DNA of 64,000 nucleotides from Candidatus Multivoradales bacterium (lineage in GTDB: Bacteria > Acidobacteriota > Thermoanaerobaculia > Multivoradales > JAHEKO01). Location: NCBI GenBank assembly GCA_965223855.1, contig CBDCXM010000008.1, positions 256,001-320,000 on the forward strand, in the 5' to 3' direction. The notes below the pieces were generated by a model, which worked only from the letters and a program-made list of their open reading frames with translations, was not told the DNA's origin and searched no databases. Of the stretch, positions 1 through 20,155 are shown in pieces (within the stretch, counting starts at the first letter, position 1; each line of letters starts with the position of its first letter). The translations under genes were made by a program, and so were the position numbers.

Positions 1-1887
1 CTTCGGATAGAAGGGGTCTCCTTCGAGCGCAGCCGCGAAGTGGCTGCGAGCCTCTTCCGTCCGCCCGGCCATCGCGTGCTGGATGGCCAGATCCACTCGC
101 GCCTCGACATGCAACGGATCCGCTTCGACCGCGGCCTCGAGGGCCTCGAGGGTCGCGGCGACGTCTCCGATGGCCCGGTGGGCCGAGGCGAGGTGGTATC
201 TGGCACCCGCAGACCCGTCGAGCTCCACCGCCTTCTCCAGGAACTCCATCGCCTCCTCCGGACGTCCCGTGGCCACGAGTCTCCCTCCCACCGCCAGAAG
301 AACCCCGACCGACGCTTCGCGGCCGCGCGGAGCCTCGACGAGCTGCCGCAGCTCGGCGACCGCCTCGTCGAGATCGCCGGCGAGCATCGCCGCCTGCACG
401 AGGAGCTCGCGATAGAAGGCGTTCCCGGGATCGCGCTCCAGCAGTTCGATCGCGACCTGCCTTGCGGCGCCCCCCCGACCTGCCGTCAGCAGGTTGCGCG
501 CTTCACTCGACAGGTTGATGTCGACCACCCGGTCCTGAGGGGCGATCCCACCCTCCAGAAGCGTCTCTACGATCGGCTCGCTGTCGCCGCTGCCGCTCAG
601 GTAGCCGAGCGCCATCAACTTGGCGCGCGTTTCGTCGTCGATCGGCTGTGTCGAGGCCGCCGTCGCCGCAGCCGTCTCCTCGATCAGCCTCTCCAGCGCC
701 TGCCGCATCTCGGAGGCGTCCGCCTGGCGAGCGGCATTGAGGTCGTCGAGTTCGTTCGGGTCGGCACCCAGGTCGTAGAGCTCCGGCCGTGGTCCGTAGA
801 CGTACTTGAGGTCACCCTGGTAGAGCGAGCGCAGCTCCCCCCAACCGTGCGAGAGCCGAGGCGACAGCGTCTCGGCGTAGAACTGCCGATTGGCGGGCAC
901 CCCCGGCCCGCCCGAGAGATACCCAGCAAGGCTGTGACCGTGCAGCGACTCGGGAACCTCGAGCCCGAGTGCGTCGAGCACCGTCGGCGTAACGTCGACC
1001 CCGGCGACGAGGTCGGCCGTGCGGAGCGGTTCCATCCCGCCGGGAGGCCGGATCACCATCGGTACCCGCAGAGTGGTCTCGTAGTTGAGAAGCGAGTGGG
1101 TCGATTCGTTGTGCTCGCCCAGCCCCTCCCCGTGGTCCGCAGTCATGACGACGAGGGTGTCGTCGTAGACGCCCAGCTCGCGCAGCTTGTCGAGTAGCTG
1201 GCCGAGCGCTTCGTCCGTGTAGGCGATCTCCGCCAGGTACGGGTCGTCCGCGTAGAGCTCATCGTACGGAGCGGGGGCGTTCCAGGGTCGGTGGGGGTCG
1301 TAGTAGTGGACCCAGGCGAAGAACGGCTGCGATGCATGTTCCGCAAGCCAGGGGAGGATCGCCTCGTTCGTGCGCCCGGCCTGGCGCTCCTCGAAATAGA
1401 GGCTCGGTCGGCGCGGGCGGCGACCGAGGAAGTCCTCGTCCTGGCGGCGCAGATCGTCGTCGTAGAAGTCGAATCCCTGATCGAGGTTGAAGCGCTCGAC
1501 CAACGGGAAGCCGCTGATCGAGGCAGCGGTGGCGTACCCCACCTCCTTCAAACGTTCGGCGAGGGTCACGACCTCGTCCGAGAGGATGAACAGGCCGTTG
1601 TCGCGGATCCCGTGCCCCGTCGGGTAGAGCCCGGTCAGGATCGTCGTGTGTGACGGCAGGGTGAGCGGGATCGAGGCGTGCGCGTTCGTGAACGCGACCC
1701 CTTCGGCCGCCAGGCCATCGACCGCCGGCGTCGCGACCCGGTCGTTGCCGAACACCCCGATGTGATCGGCCCGCGTCGTATCGAACGTGACGATCAGGAC
1801 GTTGGCACGCCGCTCCTGTCCGCAGCCGACGAGGACCGTCAGCGCGAACAGGAGGGCGACCGGCAGTCTGCGCCGCCGGCCCGGCAT
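1..1887 (-). CDS. Sulfatase-like (alkaline phosphatase superfamily) lipoprotein with C-terminal TPRs; 3' end runs off the window
   Basis: Read by hand from ATG at 1887 (not in the ORF track because the stop lies outside the window): [22 protein letters not shown]...NVLIVTFDTTRADH...PLTLPSH...HYYDPH...ADHGE...LMALGYL, then helical TPR-like repeats. Confidence 0.85.
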   Translation of the reverse strand, partial: MPGRRRRLPVALLFALTVLVGCGQERRANVLIVTFDTTRADHIGVFGNDRVATPAVDGLAAEGVAFTNAHASIPLTLPSHTTILTGLYPTGHGIRDNGLFILSDEVVTLAERLKEVGYATAASISGFPLVERFNLDQGFDFYDDDLRRQDEDFLGRRPRRPSLYFEERQAGRTNEAILPWLAEHASQPFFAWVHYYDPHRPWNAPAPYDELYADDPYLAEIAYTDEALGQLLDKLRELGVYDDTLVVMTADHGEGLGEHNESTHSLLNYETTLRVPMVIRPPGGMEPLRTADLVAGVDVTPTVLDALGLEVPESLHGHSLAGYLSGGPGVPANRQFYAETLSPRLSHGWGELRSLYQGDLKYVYGPRPELYDLGADPNELDDLNAARQADASEMRQALERLIEETAAATAASTQPIDDETRAKLMALGYLSGSGDSEPIVETLLEGGIAPQDRVVDINLSSEARNLLTAGRGGAARQVAIELLERDPGNAFYRELLVQAAMLAGDLDEAVAELRQLVEAPRGREASVGVLLAVGGRLVATGRPEEAMEFLEKAVELDGSAGARYHLASAHRAIGDVAATLEALEAAVEADPLHVEARVDLAIQHAMAGRTEEARSHFAAALEGDPFYPK

Positions 1888-1893
1888 CTCGAC

Positions 1894-6075
<4,182 letters not shown>

Positions 6076-6086
6076 CACGACCCCCT

Positions 6087-10334
<4,248 letters not shown>

Positions 10335-10366
10335 AGACCCATCCTGTGGCTGGTACTCGAGAAGAT

Positions 10367-10416
10367 AAAAGGGCAAACGACGCCCCGACGGCGCAATTCA
10401 CGCCGTCCGCAGGGCG
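10367..10416 (-). terminator. Possible attenuator hairpin between rplL and rpoB
   Basis: GACGGCG/CGCCGTC stem with outer CGCCC/GGGCG pair, followed on the minus strand by TTTGCCCTTTT. Confidence 0.35.
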
Positions 10417-10455
10417 CCCCTGCCGACTCTCCGAAACCGCTGGAAAGAGTCAGGG

Positions 10456-10842
10456 CTACTTGAGCTCCACCTGAGCTCCGGCCTCTTCGAACTTCTTCTT
10501 GATCTCCTCGGCCTCGTCCTTGGAGACGCCTTCCTTGACCGCGACGGGCGCCGACTCGACCATGTCCTTGGCGTCCTTCAGACCGAGGCTCGTGACCTCG
10601 CGGACCGCCTTGATGACGTTGATCTTCTTGTCGCCGACGGCGGTGAGCATGACGTTGAACTCGTCCTTCTCCTCCGCTGCCGCCTCACCACCCCCGGCAG
10701 CCGCTCCGGCCGCCGCGACGGGCACCGCAGCCGCAGCCGCGGAAACGCCGTAGTGATCCTCGAGCGCCTTGACGAGGTCGTTGAGCTCGAGCACCGACAG
10801 CTCGTCGATCTGCTTGATGAAATCTTCGGTCGCAATTGCCAT
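10456..10842 (-). CDS. rplL: 50S ribosomal protein L7/L12
   Basis: [13 protein letters not shown], Ala-rich hinge, [10 protein letters not shown], synteny. Confidence 0.99.
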   Translation of the reverse strand: MAIATEDFIKQIDELSVLELNDLVKALEDHYGVSAAAAAVPVAAAGAAAGGGEAAAEEKDEFNVMLTAVGDKKINVIKAVREVTSLGLKDAKDMVESAPVAVKEGVSKDEAEEIKKKFEEAGAQVELK

Positions 10843-10907
10843 TTTGCTCTCCTTCGACTCCGTCAGGCCACCTGCCGGAGTCTGTGTTCAAACATCCAAC
10901 CCGGCAC

Positions 10908-11438
10908 TCAGGCCGAGGCGTTTTCCTTCTGCTGACGAATCTGCTCGAGAACGAGCACGAAATCCCGCGGCAGCGCCGCCAGGGTGCGCACGAAGCGCGT
11001 CACCGGCGACTGCAGCAGGAAGAGGAGCTTGGCGATCAGCTCATCGCGGCTCGGCAGGTCGGCGATGGCGCTCACCTGCTCCGCACTGATCGGCTGACCG
11101 TCGACCAGCCCCCCCTTGAACTCGAAGGTCGGAACGTCCTTCGAGAATTCAGTGAGTGTCTTGGCGATCGACACCGGGTCGTCGCCGAACGCGATCGCGG
11201 TGGGCCCGACGAACTGATCCTGCAGTCCCTCCAGAGCCGCCCCCTCGATCGCACGGCGGGCGATCCGGTTCTTGACCACCACATACGTGCCACCCGATTC
11301 GCGCACCTTGTCGCGAAGCGCGGTGATCTGAGGCACGGTGATCCCCTGAGCGTTGATCAGGAAGGCATGCGGCGCGGCCGCCACCCCTTCCTTGTAGAGC
11401 TCGAGGAGCTCCTCTTTCTTCTCGCGTGTCAGTGCCAT
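10908..11438 (-). CDS. rplJ: 50S ribosomal protein L10
   Basis: VVKNRI, GPTAIAF, LPSRDELIAKLL, synteny. Confidence 0.98.
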   Translation of the reverse strand: MALTREKKEELLELYKEGVAAAPHAFLINAQGITVPQITALRDKVRESGGTYVVVKNRIARRAIEGAALEGLQDQFVGPTAIAFGDDPVSIAKTLTEFSKDVPTFEFKGGLVDGQPISAEQVSAIADLPSRDELIAKLLFLLQSPVTRFVRTLAALPRDFVLVLEQIRQQKENASA

Positions 11439-11473
11439 CTTCCGTCTCTCCGCTGACTCGTTTCGCTACCGTC

Positions 11474-12176
11474 TCAGGCGTCGCCGACGACCATCGCCGC
11501 GTCGTCGAGGCGGATGCCCGGGCCCATCGTGCTCGAGATCACCGCCGACTTGACGTACTTGCCCTTCGACGCGGCGGGCTTCGCCTTGAGGATCGCTCCG
11601 ATGAGTGCGCGGGCGTTCTCGAGCAGCTGCTCGGCGCTGAACGAAGCCTTGCCGAACGGCGCATGGATGATGCCGGCCTTCTCGACCCGGAACTCGATCT
11701 TTCCCGCCTTGATCTGACCGATCGCCTCGGCGAGATCGAAGGTCACGGTGCCCGTCTTCGGATTGGGCATCATCCCTCGCGGACCCAGTACCCGACCGAG
11801 CTTGCCGGCGACACCCATCATGTCGGGTGTCGAGACGACGGTGTCGAAATCGACCCAGCCGCCCTCGATCTTCTTCGCCAGCTCCTCGCCACCGACATAG
11901 TCGGCTCCGGCGTCCTCCGCCTCCTTGACCTTCTCGCCCTGCGCGAACACGAGCACCTTCGATGCCTTGCCGGTGCCGTGCGGCAGCACGAGAGTGCCCT
12001 CGCACCATCTGGTCCGCGTGCCGGGGATCGACCCCCAGACGCAGCGCCATCTCGAGCGTTTCATCGAACTTGGCGGTCGCGTTGCCTTTCGCCAGCTCGA
12101 CAGCCTCCTGGAGCTCGTAGACGCGGTCTTCGACCTTCTCGGCCGCCGCGTTGTACTTCTTTCCGTGCTTCGCCAT
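11474..12176 (-). CDS. rplA: 50S ribosomal protein L1; +1 indel near 11998, probably a sequencing error
   Basis: N-terminal half (MAKHGKKY...[14 protein letters not shown]) and C-terminal half ([10 protein letters not shown]...[10 protein letters not shown]...STMGPG) lie in different frames, joined at a G run. Confidence 0.95.
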
Positions 12177-12190
12177 CAGATCTCTCCCGC

Positions 12191-12613
12191 TCAGCGGACC
12201 TCGATCCCCATCGAACGCGCCGTGCCCTCGATGATGCGCACGGCGGCGTCGAGAGAGGCCGCGTTGAGGTCTTCCATCTTGGTCTGGGCGATCTCCTCGA
12301 GCTGCGCCCGATCGACCTTCGCCACCTTCTCGCGATTCGGTTCCCCGGAGCCCTTGTCGATACCCGCCGCCTTCTTGAGCAGCACCGCCGCCGGCGGAGT
12401 CTTCGTGATGAAGGTGTAGCTGCGGTCGGCGTAGACCGTGATCACGACGGGGATGATCATCCCCGGCTGGTTCTGCGTACGGGCGTTGAACGCCTTGCAG
12501 AAGTCCATGATGTTGAGACCGGCCTGACCCAGCGCGGGACCGACCGGCGGTGCCGGACTCGCCTGTCCCGCGGGAATCTGCAGCTTGACCTGCCCGATGA
12601 CTTTCTTTGCCAT
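12191..12613 (-). CDS. rplK: 50S ribosomal protein L11
   Basis: [24 protein letters not shown]. Confidence 0.99.
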   Translation of the reverse strand: MAKKVIGQVKLQIPAGQASPAPPVGPALGQAGLNIMDFCKAFNARTQNQPGMIIPVVITVYADRSYTFITKTPPAAVLLKKAAGIDKGSGEPNREKVAKVDRAQLEEIAQTKMEDLNAASLDAAVRIIEGTARSMGIEVR

Positions 12614-12671
12614 TGCGATGCTTCCTTACGCTGTACGTCTCGTGATCTCTTCGCCGACCCGGGGTCGCGCC

Positions 12672-13349
12672 CTAGAGCTTCTGCACCTGACTGAAGTCGA
12701 GTTCGACCGGCGTCGCGCGACCGAAGATCGTCACCATGACCTTCAGCGTGTTGCGATCCAGATTCACTTCTTCCACCACACCGGTGAAGTTGTTGAACGG
12801 CCCGTCGATGATCTTGACCGGCTCCGCCTTGTCGAAGATGTACTTCGGCTTCGGCTTCTCCTTGGCGCTGACCACCTGCTCGAGAATCTGATTGACCTCG
12901 TCCTGGGACATCGGCGTCGGCTTCTTGCCGCTGCCGACGAAGCCGGTGACCTTGGGCGTGTTCTTCACCACGTGCCAGGTGTCGTCGGACATCGCCATCT
13001 GAACGAGGATGTAGCCGGGGAAAAACTTCCGCTGCAGTTCGCGCTTCTTGCCGCCCCGGTACTCGACGATCGTCTCGGTCGGGATCCGGATGTCACCGAA
13101 GGCCTCGGCCTGATTGAGCGCCTCGGCACGCTGCCGCAGCGTCTCCTTCACCCGATCCTCGAACCCGGAATAGGTATGAACGATGTACCACTGCATCCCC
13201 GGCCGGTCCTCCGCCGGCTGCGGCGAGGGATCGACCTCGTCGGCACCTGGGCGCAGGGTGTCCGGCACCTCGGCCACGACGTCCTGCGACGGGCGCGCCA
13301 ACGGATCCGCGGTCGGATCGAGCCGAGAACCTGTCCGGTCGCTGCTCAT
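12672..13349 (-). CDS. nusG: Transcription termination/antitermination factor NusG, with about 50 aa N-terminal extension if the first ATG is used
   Basis: [21 protein letters not shown] motif GPFNNFTG; ATG overlaps the secE stop. Confidence 0.97.
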   Translation of the reverse strand: MSSDRTGSRLDPTADPLARPSQDVVAEVPDTLRPGADEVDPSPQPAEDRPGMQWYIVHTYSGFEDRVKETLRQRAEALNQAEAFGDIRIPTETIVEYRGGKKRELQRKFFPGYILVQMAMSDDTWHVVKNTPKVTGFVGSGKKPTPMSQDEVNQILEQVVSAKEKPKPKYIFDKAEPVKIIDGPFNNFTGVVEEVNLDRNTLKVMVTIFGRATPVELDFSQVQKL

Positions 13350-13552
13350 CCGGTCACCACCTTCACGATGAACTCATAGCCCCTCGCGATCACGAAGTCG
13401 GCCGCGAAGAGAAAGAAGGCGAACACGAAGCTCGTCACGAGCACGACGGCAGTCGTGGCGACCACCTCCTCGCGCGAAGGAAAGGTGACCTTCTTGATCT
13501 CGGAACGCACTTCCGACAGGAAGGTCCGGAACTGTGAAATCTTGCTGAGCAT
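13346..13552 (-). CDS. secE: Preprotein translocase subunit SecE
   Basis: EIKKVTFPSREE plus one TM helix; lies between tRNA-Trp and nusG. Confidence 0.95.
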   Translation of the reverse strand: MLSKISQFRTFLSEVRSEIKKVTFPSREEVVATTAVVLVTSFVFAFFLFAADFVIARGYEFIVKVVTG

Positions 13553-13608
13553 CGTCGTCGCCTCGACTCGTCACTCGGAAGGACGGCAGGAACACCGTCG
13601 GAAATCGC

Positions 13609-13685
13609 TGGCAGGCCAGGAGGGATTCGAACCCCCAACCCTCGGTTTTGGAGACCGATGCTCTACCAGTTCGAGCTACTGGCCT
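13609..13685 (-). tRNA. tRNA-Trp (CCA)
   Basis: AGGCCAGTAGCTC...CTCCAAA...GGTTCGAATCC...CCTGCCA cloverleaf with encoded CCA. Confidence 0.97.
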
Positions 13686-13698
13686 GTGTTGAAACTCC

Positions 13699-14889
<1,191 letters not shown>

Positions 14890-15061
14890 GGCGTCCTGCT
14901 TCCTCCTGAAATCCCATCGCCCGCAGGGTAGTCGAGGCGGGCCCCGATCGACGCCGGTCCGGAGACCGGTGCCGTGATCCGAGTCGCCGGTCGCGACTCG
15001 AGATCGAGATGGCTGTTATCGATGCTGGTTGAGAGTTGTCGCTTCCAGGCTGCTGTTCCGG

Positions 15062-15136
15062 TGGAGCCCACGACCGGATTTGAACCGGTGACCCCTTCCT
15101 TACCAAGGAAGTGCTCTACCCCTGAGCCACGTGGGC
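15062..15136 (-). tRNA. tRNA-Thr (GGT)
   Basis: GCCCACGTGGCTCAG...CTTGGTAAG...GGTTCAAATCC...GGCTCCA. Confidence 0.97.
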
Positions 15137-15196
15137 AAATCTACCGGCAGCCCTCCTCTGTCGGCCAGAGAGAGGGTCGACCGGCGAAACCCGCCG

Positions 15197-15225
15197 ATTG
15201 TACAGCGGTAGGTCTGTGCTGTAAA
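15197..15225 (-). promoter_or_regulatory. Sigma70-type promoter for tRNA-Thr(GGT)-tuf
   Basis: TTTACA-N17-TACAAT on the minus strand, 60 bp upstream of the tRNA. Confidence 0.7.
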
Positions 15226-15438
15226 CCCCCGAAACCGGGTACAGCCAGCGGTTCCAGAGAGCATGCCACACCCGGCCTCTCCCGTCCAGATCCCGGGGGC
15301 AGAACCGGCCGTGTGCAACATTTCGGTCGTCTCGCGCGCCCATCTGGACGGGGGCGATTCCGCGCACGGGACTGTGACGCGGTACACTCGCTCTCTCCGT
15401 TCTATCGCTGACCTGAGAATTCGAGCCCGGAGCCGCCG

Positions 15439-17838
15439 ATGGCAGTGCCTGAGCTACAGCGCATCGAGGGCAAGTTCGAGATCCTCGACAAGATCCGTGA
15501 AGGGGGCATGGGGGCGATCTACAAGGTTCGCCACCGCCTGCTGGACGAAGTCCGCGTCATCAAGGTGATCCGGCCTCAACTCGGAGAAGACGAGAGCCTG
15601 CGCGAGCGCTTCCTCGCCGAGGCGAAGTCCACCGTCCGGCTGCGCCATCCCAACATCGCCACCATCTTCGACTTCACGGTCGACGAAGACGGCGTCGCCT
15701 TCATGGTGATGGAGTACATCGAGGGGGAGGATCTCGCTCGCAAACTCGCGCGGATGGGACGGCTTCAGATCGCGCAGACGATGACAGTCTCGGTGCAGGC
15801 GCTCAAGGCGCTTCACTATCTCCACCGCAGCAACTTCGTCCACCGCGACGTCTCGCCCGACAACATCATGGTCACCAAGGACGTCGACGACGACGACCTC
15901 GTGAAGCTCATCGATCTCGGCATCGCCAAGCAGCTCGAGAGCGACGCGACCAACCTGACCCAGGAAGGCTTCTTCCTCGGCAAGATCAAGTACGCCTCAC
16001 CCGAGCAGTTCGGCGGCCGCGGCGAGCTCGACGGGCGCAGCGATCTCTATTCTTTCGGGGTGATGCTCTACGAGCTGCTGACCGGCATGCACCCCTTCCC
16101 CGCCGACTCGCAGGAGGCGATGCTCGCCGGGCATCTCTTCCATCCGCCGCGGGAGTTCACCGAGAGCGACCCCGACGCCAGGATTCCCGAGGAGCTCAGG
16201 CAGATCGTCCTCAGGGCGCTCGCCAAAGAGCGGGACGATCGCTTTCAGACCGCCAAGGACATGGCACAGGCGATCCAGAAGATTCGCCGCAACTGGGTCG
16301 ACCCCGAGCCGGTCGACGAGGGCAGCAACGACGCCACGATCCTCGAACCGATGCCGTCGCCACTGCCGCCCGGATCGACGCAGCGCCGTCTCGATCGTCA
16401 GTTCGCTCCCGCGACGACTCCGCCGCCGATCCAGGCCGTCGAGGATCCTCCCGGCACACCAGCCGGAACCTCGGCCGCGAGCCCGGGAACGGCGGACGAC
16501 GCCACGCGGCTGGGAGCCCCCCCGTCCGCCGGCCGGAGTGCGCCGGCGCCCGATCCGACCCGGATGGCTCCGTCGCCCGGGACCGCGACTCCTGGGGCGA
16601 CCCCACCGGCGGACGCCACGCGCCTCTCGCCCGGCGGCGCTCCGCCGATCGACGCGACACGGATGGCCGCGCCACCGGCAGCGGACGCCACGCAACTTGC
16701 CGATGCACGCCTCGCCCCGGCGCCGCGCCACGTTCCCGCACCGGAAACCGCTCCGGCCGCCGAAACGCGCCGCGGCCTTCCGTGGTGGATTCCGGTTGCG
16801 GCGCTTTTCGTCGTCGGCCTGGGAGCCGGTCTCTTCTTCTTCGGCCGAGGTGGCGGCGAGACGACGGCAACCGACTCGATGCTCGAGGCTCTCGAAGATC
16901 CGACGCTGGCCACCGCAGGCGCGGGAGACCTCGCTGCCGGCCTCGCCGGCGCCCAGGCGGCCCTCGACGGCGACAGGTACCGTGCAGCACTGCAGCAACT
17001 CACGGCGCTCGAGGCGAACCATCCCGACGAACCGGGGATCGATTCGATTCTCACGGCGCTCGACGGCAAGGTCCGGGCGCGTCACCAGTCGATTCTGGAG
17101 CGCGCGACCACTCTCGAATCGCAGCGGCGCGCCTCGCGCGTCTTCGGTCGCGCCGACGCCGCCGCGAAGAAGGGCGACGCCGCGCTGGCCCAGGGCGATC
17201 TCGCCGCTTCGGTCGGCGCCGTGCTGGACGCTACTTCGCTCCTCGAGGAGGCCAACGAAGTCGCCGAGCAGGTGGCCGCCGACGAGGCGGCGGCACAGCA
17301 GCGCCAGGAAGAGCAGGCCCGTCAGGAGCGCGAGCGTCTGGCACAGATCGAGCGGGAGCGACGCCGGACCGCCTCGCAGCCGGCGCCGGTGACGCAGACA
17401 CCGCAGCGGGCCACCGAGACCGCACCCCAGGAGGCAGCACCTCAGCCGGCCCCGTCGCAACAGGTACCGTCGCAGCGGACCGCGACCCCGCCCCCGACGA
17501 CCCCAGCACCTCAGAAGGACGAGACTCCGGCCGTCGCCGCGGCCATCCAGCGACTCGCGGCGGCCCACACGGCGCTCGACATCAACGCCGTCAAGGCGGT
17601 GTGGCCGTCGCTCGGCGGCTCCCGGCTCCAGGCGATCGAGAACTCCTTCCAGGGGGCGCGGTCGATCGTCATGAGCCTCGACGGCTGCAACATCACAGTG
17701 AACGGCGAGCGTGCAACCGCATCCTGCAAGATGCGCCAGGCGTACCGACCGAAGCGCGGGACCCGGCAGTCGATCGAGCGCGACGTCACCATCCGGCTGC
17801 GCAAGACGGGCAGCAGCTGGGTGGTGGAAGACTACTGA
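15439..17838 (+). CDS. Hanks-type Ser/Thr protein kinase with one TM helix and an extracytoplasmic helical plus NTF2-like C-terminal domain
   Basis: GGMGAIY, HRDVSPDN, DLGIAK, YASPEQ, DLYSFG; Pro/Ala-rich linker; TM segment WWIPVAALFVVGLGAGLFFF. Confidence 0.93.
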   Translation: MAVPELQRIEGKFEILDKIREGGMGAIYKVRHRLLDEVRVIKVIRPQLGEDESLRERFLAEAKSTVRLRHPNIATIFDFTVDEDGVAFMVMEYIEGEDLARKLARMGRLQIAQTMTVSVQALKALHYLHRSNFVHRDVSPDNIMVTKDVDDDDLVKLIDLGIAKQLESDATNLTQEGFFLGKIKYASPEQFGGRGELDGRSDLYSFGVMLYELLTGMHPFPADSQEAMLAGHLFHPPREFTESDPDARIPEELRQIVLRALAKERDDRFQTAKDMAQAIQKIRRNWVDPEPVDEGSNDATILEPMPSPLPPGSTQRRLDRQFAPATTPPPIQAVEDPPGTPAGTSAASPGTADDATRLGAPPSAGRSAPAPDPTRMAPSPGTATPGATPPADATRLSPGGAPPIDATRMAAPPAADATQLADARLAPAPRHVPAPETAPAAETRRGLPWWIPVAALFVVGLGAGLFFFGRGGGETTATDSMLEALEDPTLATAGAGDLAAGLAGAQAALDGDRYRAALQQLTALEANHPDEPGIDSILTALDGKVRARHQSILERATTLESQRRASRVFGRADAAAKKGDAALAQGDLAASVGAVLDATSLLEEANEVAEQVAADEAAAQQRQEEQARQERERLAQIERERRRTASQPAPVTQTPQRATETAPQEAAPQPAPSQQVPSQRTATPPPTTPAPQKDETPAVAAAIQRLAAAHTALDINAVKAVWPSLGGSRLQAIENSFQGARSIVMSLDGCNITVNGERATASCKMRQAYRPKRGTRQSIERDVTIRLRKTGSSWVVEDY

Positions 17839-17896
17839 GCAGCAACCCTCGCAGCCGCCCTGCGCAACCCGACGCCAACCTGGTCGGAGCGAGCCC

Positions 17897-18640
17897 GTGA
17901 CGGAGCCAGACATCGTCGAAAGAGGGGAGCCTCATCGACGCTTCCCCCAACGCCCTCACTTCTCGGTCGGCATCCCCGTCTACAACGAAGAGGAGCTGCT
18001 GGAGGTGCATACCGACCGGCTGCTGCGGTTTCTGGAGTCGCTCGAGCGACCGTTCGAGGTCCTCCTCGGCAGCAACGGCTCGACCGACCGCACCGTTGAG
18101 ATCGCGCAGCGCCTCGCGGTCGGAGATCCCCGCATCGACGCGTTCTCGATCGACCATCGAGCGCCCGGAGCCGCCTTCCGCGGCTTCATCCACCGCGCAA
18201 GCTCGCCGCTGCTGATCTCGCTCGACATGGATCTGTCGATCGACCTCGACTTCGTGCCGCGTGCCCTCGAACTACTCGAGCACTGCGACCTCGTCGTCGG
18301 AGCGAAGCAGACGGGGGAGCAGAAGCGCTCGTGGCTGCGGAGAACGGGAAGCGGCACGTTCATCGCCGTCGCCAGGCGATGCGGTCTGCCGTTCCAGGAT
18401 TACTCGATGGCCGCCAAGGGCTATCGGATCGCAGCCCTCGAGCCCCACCTCGAGACGCTGGTCGACGGCACCGCCTACGTGCTCTACGCGATCGCCGCAG
18501 TCCAGGCCGCCGGCGGCGAGGTGGTCGAGATCCCCGTCGACTGCGACGACCGGCGCCGCAGCCGTTTCAGCCTGCCTCGAGAAGCGTTGCACAAGTTCTT
18601 CCACCTCGCGCGGTGGATGTGGAGCCGGCCGCGCTCGTGA
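17897..18640 (+). CDS. Family 2 glycosyltransferase (polyprenyl-phosphate glycosyltransferase-like)
   Basis: SVGIPVYNEE, NGSTDRT, DxD motif DMD, VVEIPV; GTG start inferred. Confidence 0.85.
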   Translation: MTEPDIVERGEPHRRFPQRPHFSVGIPVYNEEELLEVHTDRLLRFLESLERPFEVLLGSNGSTDRTVEIAQRLAVGDPRIDAFSIDHRAPGAAFRGFIHRASSPLLISLDMDLSIDLDFVPRALELLEHCDLVVGAKQTGEQKRSWLRRTGSGTFIAVARRCGLPFQDYSMAAKGYRIAALEPHLETLVDGTAYVLYAIAAVQAAGGEVVEIPVDCDDRRRSRFSLPREALHKFFHLARWMWSRPRS

Positions 18641-20119
18641 GCTCGTGGACCGTCGTGACCAACAGCGCGCGGCCGTTCCTGCGGCGGCGCTGGCCCGAAA
18701 CGGTGCTCGCCCTCGCCATCGCCGGCTACGTGACGCTCTTCGCCTGGAAGCAGTACCTGAAGCTCTACGCCCTCCACTACCCCGACTTCGATCTGGCGAT
18801 CTTCTACCAGGGAGTCTGGCTGCTGAGCCGCGGGGAGACTCCCTTCGTCACGGTTCGAGGCCTGCATCTGTTCGCCGACCACGCGACCTTCGTCAACCTG
18901 CTCCTCGCGTTGCCGATGCGGCTGGTCGCCCATCCCCTCGTGCTGTTGTGGGCGAAGACGGCGGCGCTCGGGTTGGCTGCGCTGCCGCTCTACTCGATCG
19001 CGCGACGCGAGCTCGAGTCGCGCCGGCAGGCTCTCGCCGTAGCCGCCTGCTACCTCCTCCACCCAGCCGTCCATCACCTCAACCTCGACAGCTACCACAC
19101 GAGCGCCTTCGCGGTGCCCCTCGGGCTGCTCGTCTGGCTCGCCGCGGCCGGCGGCAGACCTCGCCTCCTGATCGCCTCCGCGCTCGCACTCGTCCTGGTC
19201 AAGGAGAACATGGGACTGGTGCTGGCGAGCCTCGGCCTCCTGATGTGGGTCCGGGGCGACCGGCGGGGTCGCTGGGTCGCCGCAGGCGGCATCGCCGCTA
19301 CCCTGCTGATCGTGACGGTCGTCATTCCCGCCATCGCCGCCGACCACGACTACATCTACGGTGGACGGATGACCACGGCGAGGGCGGTACTGTCCGGGGA
19401 GCTCGGGATCGCCGAGTTCGTCGGCGATCACCTCGTCACCCCGGCCAACCTCGTCTTCCTCCGCGACCTGACGGTGTCGCTCGGCTTCCTGCCGTGGGCC
19501 TCACCCGTGCCGCTCGTCCTCAATCCGATGCTCGGGCTGTCGCTGGCCTCCGACTGGCCCTACGCCAAGGAGATCCTGTACCACTACACGAGCGGGCTTC
19601 TCCCCTCCCTCTTTCTCGCCTTCGTCTTCGGTTGGGGTCGCGTTCGTGACTGGCTGCGTCGCCGGAAAGTCCGCTGGCGCCTCGCGGCTACCTGCGTCGC
19701 TGTGCTGACGATGAGTCGCAGGCCTCGCCTACGGTCATCTCGCGCGCGGGCCTCGGATCGTGAGGTGGGACCAGGCGCTTCGACCGGTGCCGGAGATCGA
19801 CCCGCAGGTTCACATCGACCTCGAACAGGTCCGATCGCGGGTCGGCGACGATGCCGTCAGCGCGAGCTACGACCTGCTGCCGTTTCTCGCCGAGCGCAAG
19901 CAGCTCTTCATGTGGCCCAACCCGTTCGAGCCTCGGTACTTCGGTCCCGACGGCGAGACCCGCACCACCTCGCGCCCCGAATGGCTCGTCTTCTCCGCCC
20001 GCCTTCACGGCGACGAGATGCCTGCCATGGCCGAGCGCGCCGTCGCCGTCGGCTTCGAGGAGTGGGCGGTACTGCCGACGATCCGCCTGTTCCGCCGGCA
20101 GAGTCGGGAAGACGCCTGA
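18637..20119 (+). CDS. DUF2079-like multi-TM protein (GT-C-fold glycosyltransferase-like); indel near 19714
   Basis: FDLAIFYQGVW, LFADHA, LVKEN, YHYT; C-terminal part (VSASYDLLPFLAERKQLF) continues in another frame; GTG start overlaps the GT2 stop. Confidence 0.75.
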
Positions 20120-20155
20120 CGCCCGACACCGCTTCGTGTCAGTCGACTGAGAACG

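Noticed and set aside
11990-12005. Possible programmed frameshift in rplA
   Set aside because: One extra base in a G run with no slippery heptamer; other indels in essential genes point to assembly error
15140-15438. Distal attR copy of tRNA-Gly closing an integrative island
   Set aside because: No direct repeat of the tRNA-Gly 3' end seen; likewise none for tRNA-Tyr near 26500 or 34500
19705-19765. DUF2079-like gene as a pseudogene or two genes
   Set aside because: A single indel joins both parts into one typical protein; likely a sequencing error, though real inactivation cannot be excluded
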